The notes beneath the pieces were generated by a model that saw only the letters and a list, made by a program, of their open reading frames with translations, searched no databases and was not told the origin of the DNA. Below are positions 1 to 10,298 of a DNA stretch of 45,280 nt, in pieces. The position numbers and the translations under genes are program-made. The stretch is from Hydrurus foetidus (lineage: Eukaryota), in contig UYFQ01000818.1 in NCBI GenBank assembly GCA_900617105.1, positions 1 to 45,280 on the forward strand, written 5' to 3'. Within the stretch, counting starts at the first letter, position 1; every line of letters starts with the position of its first letter.

Positions 1-726
1 CAGATGTATCATACGCAGACGGTGAAATTTGTCTGGCGTATTGATATCAATGATATATTTCGAAATTTCAGATATTAATACTGTTGAATTTCGTTGGTAA
101 TGTATTCTTTTAACCATCTTTTCGCATGGTTTTTTCTCTGAATATTCATTCTTCTGTTCGTCATCGCTACTGCTACTATCCTTATCCCAGAATTCTGATT
201 GTTTCGGCGTTGATCCGATCTTAGTATTGTTGTTCTTATTCGAGTCCTTTCGACCCTTTATTCTCGTTATTGAGGAATCGCTCGAAAAATTTTTGCGAGG
301 GTTTCCCCCGTGATTCAATCTACTAGAATTTTTGCTACTCCTACTATACGAATCGTCATCGGACGGCATCGGACTTTCTGGACTGGACGGACGGATGTTT
401 GTAAGAATCGCTTTATTCTCAGTGTTCCTAGACGAGGGTTGATCGCCTAGCGGCAGATCCACCCTTGGCGCGATGTCGATTAACCCTAGCGGGTTATCTA
501 TGATCGGGCTCTCATCTTTTAACAACTGGAGTTCGGCGATTCTTCTATCTAAAGCTGCCCGGAATTGAGGGCTTTCCTCATCGATTACAACACCGATGGG
601 AGGCTCCTCAATTCCTAATGCAGGAGTCAGAGGGAGAGTAGGGATTAGTGGTTCAGGATTGGGCTGCGGTGGCTCGTTGTCTTCTTCTGACGAGAAAGGC
701 CCCGGGCCTTTCCTTCCTTTTGCCAT
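1..726 (-). CDS. Partial ORF running off the left edge; Pro/Ser/acidic-rich N-terminus, probably retrotransposon gag-like
   Basis: Absent from the ORF track because it has no stop in the window. The ATG at 726 opens 242 uninterrupted codons to base 1 (MAKGRKGPGPFSSEEDNEPPQPNPEPLIP...PDKFHRLRMIHL), with an in-frame TGA upstream at 778-780. It lies ~200 bp from a candidate LTR. The gag identity is inferred from context only. Confidence 0.45.
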   Translation of the reverse strand, partial: MAKGRKGPGPFSSEEDNEPPQPNPEPLIPTLPLTPALGIEEPPIGVVIDEESPQFRAALDRRIAELQLLKDESPIIDNPLGLIDIAPRVDLPLGDQPSSRNTENKAILTNIRPSSPESPMPSDDDSYSRSSKNSSRLNHGGNPRKNFSSDSSITRIKGRKDSNKNNNTKIGSTPKQSEFWDKDSSSSDDEQKNEYSEKKPCEKMVKRIHYQRNSTVLISEISKYIIDINTPDKFHRLRMIHL

Positions 727-922
727 CTTTATCTTGGACGGAGGCTCAATAAAACTATCGGAGAAGTCTATGACACTTCAATCGCTACCATGTGAGTGTC
801 CACGGGTTGGCACGAAGTCGGGAGGACATATCGTGGATGGCCAAATGAAGATGGGAAGGTTTGGTTAGTTAATTCGATTTAAGAATTAGAAACTGGCACG
901 GAGGCCACAAAGCATAAAATCA

Positions 923-1134
923 TGTTGCACATCATTTCTACCTGCCGTACAATAATAAGATCTCAGACGTCATGCGCATGCATTTTGACTGGCTCTCGCA
1001 GGTTTATATCTACGTTGTTGTATAGGCGAGATAGTAACTATTCAACTGTAACAATGACGTATGTACTAAAAGCTAGACTTTTGGTACCAAGTACCGGATA
1101 AATACTATACAGCTGTGGTTATTATGGTGTAACA
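923..1134 (-). mobile_element. Candidate 5' LTR (~212 bp) of the element carrying the 1-726 ORF
   Basis: Ends are TGTTGCAC (923) and GTGTAACA (1134): TG...CA termini with a 7/8 inverted match. There is an internal TATAAA on the minus strand. No second copy in the window and no clear tRNA PBS was recognised. Confidence 0.3.
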
Positions 1135-1249
1135 ATGGCAATATACGTGATACGAATTGGCATTGAGGAAGCGACTTGGTGCACATTGCACACCAATAAC
1201 AATCTACAAAATGTGTTTACTTATGATATCCTATCATGCTAATTGTTGA

Positions 1250-2580
1250 TTATACAAATGGTAATATACAGCTATAACTAGCACTTATCGCTGTTATATA
1301 CCGACAATCAAGAGGGTGCTTTTTGTAGGTGATCTTACAGATCTCATGTTGGCGGTCTGCAGGTATATTGTCGTAGCTGCCGTAGTATCCGAAGAGGATG
1401 TCTCGGAGTCGTGCAATTGTCGCCAACTCTACGTTTGGGTTTTGCCATTTGATCTTCATTTGCCAGTTTTCAGGGCAAGGTCTAAGTCATAGGTAGACTC
1501 TGTGGCGCGATCACTGAAGAATAGTTTCTTGAGATCGGTGGCCATGTCGCGAATGGACAGGAGTTTGTCGTCGATGATGGGCCAGGTTTGACACATTTTG
1601 ATTGTGTATCCGAGAGTCTTTCGATTTTGAAGGAGACTGTCTCGGATCACATGAACAGCTTCGTCTTCGATGAGATCCTTCCAAGGTGCATTAAACTGAG
1701 GGCGGTGCGCCTGTGTATAGAACTTTCGGGCTGTGCCGTCCATGTCCTTCAGTAATGTCTCACGTGTTACATAGAACACTTCCTTCATGTTGATGAGGGA
1801 GGTTGTGAGTGCTTGGGGTGTTCGTTGTTGTTCGAAGACTGTGTCAGCCTCTTCGGTTTTGCGCTTTCGGTTTGAAGTGGCAGCCGCTTTCGTGGAAGCT
1901 GTCGCTGACTTCTTTTCAGCTGCTACCGTTGCTTTCGACGTTTTGGATCTGGTGGCACGCGTGGGTTTGTCTTCAGATTGGTCGGCAGAGAGTGGTTTTG
2001 ACTCCCTTGTTTTGGCAAGGGGTTTGATTGGCATCGCCTTTTTCTTTTTTGGTTTTGGTGACGGTGGGGTTGACGCTTCCGACTCACTTTGATCTTCCTC
2101 GTCTGATTTGGACTTGATATCGTCGGGGTTGTTGTCTTCCTCTTCGGTTTCGTCGTTGGTTTGTTCGTCTTCCGCCTCTTCCGAGGCGTTGTCAGACACC
2201 GAGACGTTATCATCGTCGGAGAGAATTTCCTTTGGAGATATTTTGGTACCGATTTTGTCGTCGCCCTCTTCCGTTTGAGAAGGATTGATATCCTCTTCTT
2301 CTTCGGTTTGGGGTCGGATTGGAGAGCCATCCTCATCTGACTGAGGGTTTAGACTGTGTAAGTCATTTGTCTCTTGCATCCAGGCTGACAAGTCTTTCAG
2401 TTCTTGATCTTCGAGATCAGATCTGTTGTCAGCCTGTTCCTGCAGCACTTCAAGTCGCACGCGATTGCGTTCACGTTCTTGTTGTAGCTGCAGAAAGCGT
2501 GCTTCGTTTGCCGCCAATTCATCGGATACGCGCGTATGGGTGCTCGAGGCTTTGATAGCCGATTTGCCCAGCGTCTTCAT
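1250..2580 (-). pseudogene. Intronless, low-complexity (coiled-coil, acidic, Lys-rich) ORF, probably TE-derived and degenerate
   Basis: A 374-aa ORF (1456-2580) whose frame stays open upstream to a TAA at 2722-2724. It overlaps a 69-aa ORF by ATGA at 1456-1459, consistent with a frameshift. No recognisable domain; it sits among TE remnants. Confidence 0.4.
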
Positions 2581-5500
2581 GGAGTTGGCTATATTGTCTT
2601 CTCGAGCGAGACGCTCGAGTTTAGCCTTCTCTTTATCCGATAGGAAGAGGATATTTTGGGGTTTGGAGCGTTTGGAAGACGAGCTAGCTTCGCTAGAGCT
2701 CTCTTTCTTGGTTTTTTGGCCTTAACCATCTTGAAAACTTGGCGTGGAAATCTCACTGGAACTCTGCGTCTTGGACAGCGACGGAACGCGGACGCGGTGA
2801 TTCAGGGAAAAGAGGAGTAGGTTGTTCGAGGGTGAGGAATAGTAGGTTAAGGATGTGGTAGTAGGAGTCAGGGGGATTGGAATGGTTTGGTGCGATTTCG
2901 GGAGGAAATCGCAACAAAATTTGGACGTGGGCGGCGGCTTCGTAAGGAACGAAGCTGGGCGTGGGCGCGTTGGATTTCGTTCGTGAACGAGTTTGGGAGG
3001 TGTTACTTGCTAGCAAGTTCCTTTCCTTCGTAAGCCTTCGCGTAGAAGAGCTGCAAGATATTTTGGGAATAAATCGCCAATATTTGAGGTCGCGAACGAC
3101 TACGATTCAGAGGCTGTCGCGTTGACGAGACCTTTGTAGTATCGTTTGGGGTGGTTTTCACTCTTAGAGAGTTACTCAACTTGTTTGCGCAGACTGTTTT
3201 ACGGTCGTTGCGGGATTTTCGATTTGGACGTTTGGTCAACTTGGATCTTAGAGATCGCTAGCTGGTTCCAAATACCGGTATTGTGGCCTTGCCAGGATCT
3301 GGGCACTGGGAGCGGGTCAGCTGGGAGCGGGAGCGAGGGAAAAGAAGCTGGGAGAGCTATTGCTATGGAAACAATGTGGTTAGCTTACAGATAAACACAG
3401 CAGGTATCATGGCAATGAATCGGATGGATCGGATCGTCCTCGATCCGGTCCGAACGTACGCCTGTACCCGTACAGCCCGTACGGGTGTGCGGGTCACAGT
3501 ATTGTTCAGCGAGAAGAATGGCTGCTATAATAGCACGAAGAGGGATTGCGCAGGCGGAGTATTCATTATTTTGAAGTTAACATCTTTGATTGGTTTTTAA
3601 ACCATTATACGTAATTTTATGTGAATAATCTTTATTATGACAAAAATTGTGTAATCGTTGCGTTTTCAATACACACTGATTATTAGATTCAATTCGAATT
3701 CTCGTTATTTTTATTTGCTTTTTTGCCATGCGTTGTATATGCAGGGTGAGATGGATTAATCCAACTAGAGAACACTTAAACATGATGCTCAGTAGGGGTT
3801 GTGGTTGTGTTTAACACCTCTTCCAGAGTCCTTCATTTCTTTATTTGATCTTGAGAATATCCGCTAGTATATTTGCCATTAGCATTGCTAGACATGGTAC
3901 CCACAGAATTAGGATCAATTTAAAATTATTTTCGCCCACACGTAATTTCAAATTATCTCAAGTTGTACTTGAGTAAATTTTAAATTAGGATTCGGATAAA
4001 TAGTGTTAGCAGGTTGTGTTTTGGCCGGAGAGATCGGATAGGTATTACGGCGAGGAGGTGTAGGGGGTCTGAAGTCTTTGGGCATAATTTGATCAAAATA
4101 AGTATAAACCGAGTAGCTACTATGATCCTTATAAATCAGCCAATTAAAAGAATGCTAAGACTCAACGACCAGAAGTTGATAGTCGTAATAGATGCTGTTC
4201 CCGCGTTAGTATCCTCGTGCTCACAGCCACGACTTTTAGTTACTAGCTAGTTTGTGCTGCTTTGCAGAAGTTAATAGCGCACCTTCTGCCTCAACCCTAA
4301 CTAACCAGTCTCTTCTTGTATTCTTCCTTGCTATCTTAAGGTCACAACCTTGAATATAACGTCTAGTAGTACTGAACCTCATATTCTCTATGAAAACATT
4401 CCATCAAATATTGGTCCACCTATTCCTCCTCTTATCGGCTGAATGGGGTAGCAGACCCTGAGGGAACCGCACTACCCCTACTTATCTCTCTTTTTATCAT
4501 CTCTCTCTCCCTCTCTCTCTCTTCCTATCTTTTAACATTATTATAAACAATGTGTAAAAAAAACTAGAAAAACTAGAAATAAATAATAACAGAATATATT
4601 TGTACATTTGAGAGAGGTGGAGAGAGTGAAATAGGAGAGTGCCTAGATGTGTTATATATAAGTGTTCCTGTCAGACTACCTTATTCTATCAAGTTATGTC
4701 TGTAGTAATATAGTTGCAAATGTAGCTACAAATACATACTTACGCATGTGCGTTCATATACATATACACGCATACGTACCCCTGTACTATCGCCATGTAC
4801 CAGTTAGTACGAACCCTCTGACCTCACGCAAATGAACGTTCGCCTTTCATGATTCTCCAGTATCGCCAAAACACTTCGTTACTATAAGCATTCATGCAAC
4901 GTTCCTCAAGCACATGCTATGAACAACACATCTCGCTGTGAACTTTGTCTCAAGGTAGTTTCACTGTCATGAACTGTTCTGATAGCTCTTTTGCGTGGCT
5001 ATCTGTAAACTCTAATCAGAATTTAATACGTTGTACTTCACAGCTTCGTCTACTCGATAGCTCACTGAATTGAGACAGTAGCCTGCAGCTGCTTCTCCAC
5101 CTTCGCTGCGAACGCTGGAAGGTGACATCTTGTACTTAGTTTTACAGTTCCCCTACATAATAATTTTAGATTTTTCCTGACTAAATCTTCTGAAAAGTAA
5201 CTTAAAGTTGTAAAAATTAGGAGTAATCTTCAACAGATCATGTGAAGGTCGTTCCATGGGAACTTATGTGTCTGTCAGAATTACTTTCGACATGCCGTTG
5301 GGGCGTAAGCACGCGTGAAGAGCGACTGTAAGACGAAGATTCTTTCGACTCCCACGTGTCATTTCCATTAACTCTTACCTACACACATATACTCACTGTA
5401 TTGTGGCTTTATAAAGTTAATAACTTTTGTAATACATCGAGTTCATCGATCCCACTTTATTTCCATGATCATAATATGTATGCATAGCAGTTTTATATCT

Positions 5501-5656
5501 TGTTTGATAGTAGTTCAACATTTGGCTATGTTCTAATTGCGGTACTTCACTGCGTCACTTTACTGCATTTGTTTTGAACCAGTAATATCATTTCGCACTC
5601 ATCGAATCATCCGATGACACATCACTCATGCGATAGATCACATAAAACGGAGCCAA

Positions 5657-6366
5657 ATGCAGCTATTACTTATAGTAGTCCGATCAATTGCATTCGACAA
5701 ACTGATAAAAGCAAGGTACGATCTAGAAGGTGGCAGCTGCTGTTTGCTGGTGGCATACGAAACTATCGTTGACTGCCAAGAATGGCTCAACACACATACT
5801 GACCATTTGACATTTCCTGGTGTACAAGAGGTATTAGCTGACTACGTTGACGAAATCATGGATGGTGAAGATCAACTCAGCGGGAAAGATCGCGACACAC
5901 TTATCGAGGATGCAAGTGGTCATGCACGACAAATCCTTTCAGGCAGGGTGGCGGACTTCAACTCAACAATAATGGGGAAGCTGAGCTCGGATCTGGAGAT
6001 TTTTGCGATTTGTAGATTTGCTAACCCCATAGCAATGCGTCAGAAAATTCAAGATCCAGAAAGTTCTCCACTGACACTGTGAACAAGATCGTGGGCGAGT
6101 GGAATACATACAAGAGAATCTTGAGAGATTTTCCATCAACGCACTCTGAAGGGATTTTAAAATTTCAAGTGCAACGGTGCATGAATTTCTGGCGTACTCA
6201 CTATTCTTCATTGCCTGCAATGTCTGAATTTGCACGATTCTGTACGACGTTAGCACCATCTTCCGCTGCAGCTGAGAGAGTCTTTTCTTATTTGAAGAAT
6301 TCTTTCACAGTCAGTCAAATGAGACAATCGCTTGAAGACTACACTCAGTGTTCGATAATGCTATAG
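5657..6366 (+). pseudogene. hAT-superfamily transposase remnant (C-terminal part with dimerisation domain), frameshifted
   Basis: ORF 6079-6366 reads FWRTHYSSLPAMSEFARFCTTLAPSSAAAERVFSYLK, matching the hAT dimerisation signature (FW...P.L...A...P.SS...ERVFS). It overlaps ORF 5657-6082 in a different frame, and the N-terminal part is missing. Confidence 0.85.
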
Positions 6367-6589
6367 CACAATCACATCAAAGAATGTACCCCAGTTGATA
6401 ACTTTCACTTGATATTTCCAGCTTAGTAACTTTCACTTAATATCTTTCATTTAATATCTCCCGTCAAATAACTCTTATTTAGTATCTCTCTATTAGTATC
6501 TTTTCTTTTAATATCACCCACTTAAAAACGTCTCTACCACCTAAGTTGATTATTTTTGAAATTGTTTTGTTAAAAAATTTCAAATTACT

Positions 6590-6970
6590 TTAGATGTAGA
6601 TGTCACAGTAGATGTCAATGTAGATGTCACTGTAGATGTCACAGTAGATGTCACATTCGAAATCACTGTAGATATCAATGTGGATGTCACAGTAGATGTC
6701 AATGTAGATGTCACTGTAGATGTCAATGTAGATGTCACTGTAGATGTCAATGTAGATGTCACTGTAGATGTCAATGTAGATGTCAATGTAGATGTCAATG
6801 TAGATGTCAATGTAGATATCACTGTAGATATCACCGTAGATGTCACTGTAGAGATCACTGTAGCACTGTAGATGTAGATGTCACATTCGAAATCACGGTA
6901 GATGTAGATGTCAATGTAGATGTCACTGTAGATGTCACTGTAGATGTCACTGTAGATGTAGATGTCAATG
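6590..6970. repeat. 12-bp minisatellite, left arm (GATGTCACTGTA and GATGTCAATGTA variants)
   Basis: Directly visible tandem array of about 30 units. Confidence 0.97.
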
Positions 6971-7304
6971 CCATTGTAGATGTTAATCACGAGGTCAATT
7001 ACACATCTATATTTCTCGTATTCATGATCATATTAGCATTCATGTCCAACATGTTCGAATCGATCATCCATCTTCATCACATACATGAATATATTGATCA
7101 TACTCAAGTATATCTTTATGTGCTTCATGTTCACAAGTTTGATTTATTACGTTTTACTCCAGGTTGATTTCGATGCTGAATTTTTTGATTAAATTATCGA
7201 TCCTGAATATTATTTATTGAATTGTATCATTGGCTGTTCGGCATGACTGTTCACATTGAGATATGTGTAGCTAAAATGTTTTCCAGTAATTGCGTTGTAA
7301 ATTC

Positions 7305-9873
7305 TGACATCTAATTCTATCTTCTGTGATCTACTCTGACTTCTAAATCTACAGTGACATCTACAGTGACATCAACAGTGACAACTACAGTGATATCTAC
7401 CTTGACATCTACAGTGACATCTACAGTGACATCTACATTGACATCAACGGTGATTTCTACTTTGACTTCTACATTGACATCTACAGTGTCATCTACAGTG
7501 ATATCTACTGTGACATCTACAGTGATATTTACAGTGTCATCTGCAGTCTAGTGACATCTACATCTACTGTGACATCTTCAGTAACATCTTCTGTGATCTA
7601 CTCTGACTTCTAAATCTACAGTGACATCTACAGTGATATCTACATCTACAGTGACATCTACCTTGACATCTACAGTGACATCTACATTGACATCAACGGT
7701 GATTTCTACTTTGACTTCTACATTGACATCTACATCAACAGTGACATCTACATTATCATCTACTGTGATATCTACTGTGACATCTACTGTGACATCTACA
7801 TTACATCTACAGTACCACTTACAGTGATATCTACATTGGCATCTACAGTGATATCTACATTGACATCTACAGTGACATCTACTGTGACATCTACTGTGAC
7901 ATCTACAGTGATATTTACAGTGTCATCTGCAGTCTAGTGACATCTACATCTACTGTGACATCTTCAGTAACATCTTCTGTGATCTACTCTGACTTCTATA
8001 TCTACAGTGACATCTACAGTGATATCTACATCTACAGTGACATCTACCTTGACATCTACAGTGACATCTACGTTGACATCAACGGTGATATCTACTTTGA
8101 CTTCTACATTGACATCTACATCAACAGTGACATCTACATTATTATCTACTGTGATATCTACTGTGACATCTACATTTCTACATCTACAGTACCACTTACA
8201 GTGATATCTACATTGGCATCTACAGTGACATCTACAGTGACATCTACTGTGACATCTACAGTGACATCTACAGTGATATTTACAGTGTCATCTGCAGTCT
8301 AGTGACATCTACATCTACTGTGACATCTTCAGTAACATCTTCTGTGATCTACTCTGACTTCTAAATCTACAGTGACATCTACAGTGACATCTACATTGAC
8401 ATCTACAGTGACATCTACAGTGACATCTACAGTGACATCTACATTGACATCTACAGTGATTTCTAGTGTGACATCTACATCTGACATCTACAGTGATATC
8501 TACATTGACATCTACAGTGACATCTACATTGACATCTACAGTGACATCTACAGTGACATCTACAGTGACATCTACAGTGACATCTACTGTGACATCTACA
8601 GTGATATTTACAGTGTCATCTACATTCTAGTGACATCTACATCTACTGTGACATCTTCAGTAACATCTTCTGTGATCTACTCTGACTTCTAAATCTACAG
8701 TGACATCTACAGTGATATCTACATCTACAGTGACATCTACCTTGACATCTACAGTGACATCTACATTGACATCAACGGTGATATCTACTTTGACTTCTAC
8801 ATTGACATCTACATCAACAGTGACATCTACATTATCATCTACTGTGACATCTACTGTGACATCTACATTTCTACATCTACAGTACCACTTACAGTGATAT
8901 CTACATTCGCATCTACAGTGACATCTACAGTGACATCTACTGTGACATCCACATTGACATCAACGGTGATTTCTACTTTGACTTCTACATTGACATCTAC
9001 ATCAACAGTGACATCTACATTATCATCTACTGTGACATCTACTGTGACATCTACATTTCTACATCTACAGTACCACTTACAGTGATATCTACATTGGCAT
9101 CTACATTGCATCTACAGTGACATCTACAGTGACATCTACTGTGACATCTACAGTGATATTTACAGTGTCATCTGCAGTCTAGTGACATCTACATCTACTG
9201 TGACATCTTCAGTAACATCTTCTGTGATCTACTCTGACTTATAAATCTACAGTGACATCTACTGTGACATCTACATCTACAGTGACATCTACTGTGACAT
9301 CTTCAGTGACATCTAATGTGACATTTACATCTACAGTGATTTCGAGTGTGACAACTACATCTACAGTACCACTTACAGTGATATCTACATTGGCATCTAC
9401 AGTGACATCTACAGTGGCATCTACAGTGACATCTACCGTGACATCTACTGTGACATCTACAGTGATATTTACAGTGTCATCTACATTCTAGTGACATCTA
9501 CATCTACTGTGACATCTTCAGTAACATCTTCTGTGATCTACTCTGACTTCTAAATCTACAGTGACATCTACAGTGATATCTACATCTACAGTGACATCTA
9601 CCTTGACATCTACAGTGACATCTACAGTGACATCTACAGTGACATCTACAGTGACATCTACAGTGACATCTACAGTGACATCTACAGTACCACTTACAGT
9701 GACATCTACTGTAACATCTTCAGTAACATCTTCTGTGATCTACTCTGACTTCTACATCTACAGTACCACTTACAGTGACATCTACAGTGATATCTACTAC
9801 AATATCTACTGTGACATCTACAGTGACATCTACATCTACATCTACATTGACATCTACATTGACATCTACATCT
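7305..9873. repeat. 12-bp minisatellite, right arm (ACATCTACAGTG and variants) with higher-order periodicity
   Basis: A ~2.57-kb array. The landmark TCTGTGATCTACTCTGACTT recurs at 7323, 7590, 7976, 8341, 8669, 9221, 9530 and 9732. Confidence 0.98.
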
Positions 9874-10298
9874 AAAGTAATTTGAAATTTTTTAACAAAA
9901 CAATTTCAAAAATAATCAACTTAGGTGGTAGAGACGTTTTTAAGTGGGTGGTATTAAAAGAAAAGATACTAATAAGGAGATACTAAATAAGAGTTATTTG
10001 ACGGGAGATATCAAATGAAAGATATTAAGTGAAAGTTACTAAGCTGGAAATATCAAGAGCGATCCTTTCAGACCCAGACCACTTTTTCAAAAATCCTAGG
10101 CAAATCTCGCCAGAGCATAACTAGTGTAGATTAGAAATCAAATCTGCTCGAAGAAAAGTCGTGTTCGAAATGAGGCCGTGGTCGAAGTAATGACTTCAAG
10201 AACTGAGTTAAGGGGCAACTGATCTTGATCTTTAACGAAAAGACAATTTCTGACTGTGTTCGAACTAAAGAACAGTGGAGTACATCTCACTTGTAGGA

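Larger units (their letters stand above)
6408..10057. mobile_element. Foldback-type structure: inverted arms (unique ~185-bp outer domain plus 12-bp tandem inner domain) around a ~340-bp spacer
   Basis: 6408-6592 is the reverse complement of ~9873-10057, with about 4 mismatches by eye. The left array (TAGATGTCACTG)n is the reverse complement of the right array (CAGTGACATCTA)n. No TSD was found. Confidence 0.65.

Noticed and set aside
596..868. Plus-strand 90-aa Gly-rich ORF, as an example of the many antisense ORFs overlapping real exons
   Set aside because: It is a shadow of the minus-strand ORF 726-1. The same applies to the antisense ORFs within VPS52, the giant gene, INPP4 and pol.
890..922. 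Possible tRNA primer-binding site next to the candidate LTR
   Set aside because: TGATTTTATGCTTTGTGGCCTCCG does not begin with TGG at the LTR edge, and I could not match it to a tRNA 3' end.
4445..4480. Hairpin containing CTGA, considered as a hammerhead ribozyme
   Set aside because: It lacks the CUGANGA...GAAA core and the three-stem arrangement.
7323..9760. Recurring ~35-bp cassette resembling a CRISPR repeat
   Set aside because: The intervening sequence is the same tandem repeat rather than unique spacers, spacing is 200-550 bp, the context is eukaryotic, and there are no cas genes.
6580..9875. Many Thr/Ser-rich (TSTV)n, (DIYS)n and (DVTV)n ORFs suggesting a mucin or TxT ice-binding protein
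   Set aside because: They are translations of a 12-bp minisatellite. They mostly lack ATG starts, have no signal peptide, are broken by stops in each higher-order block, and occur on both strands because of the inversion.
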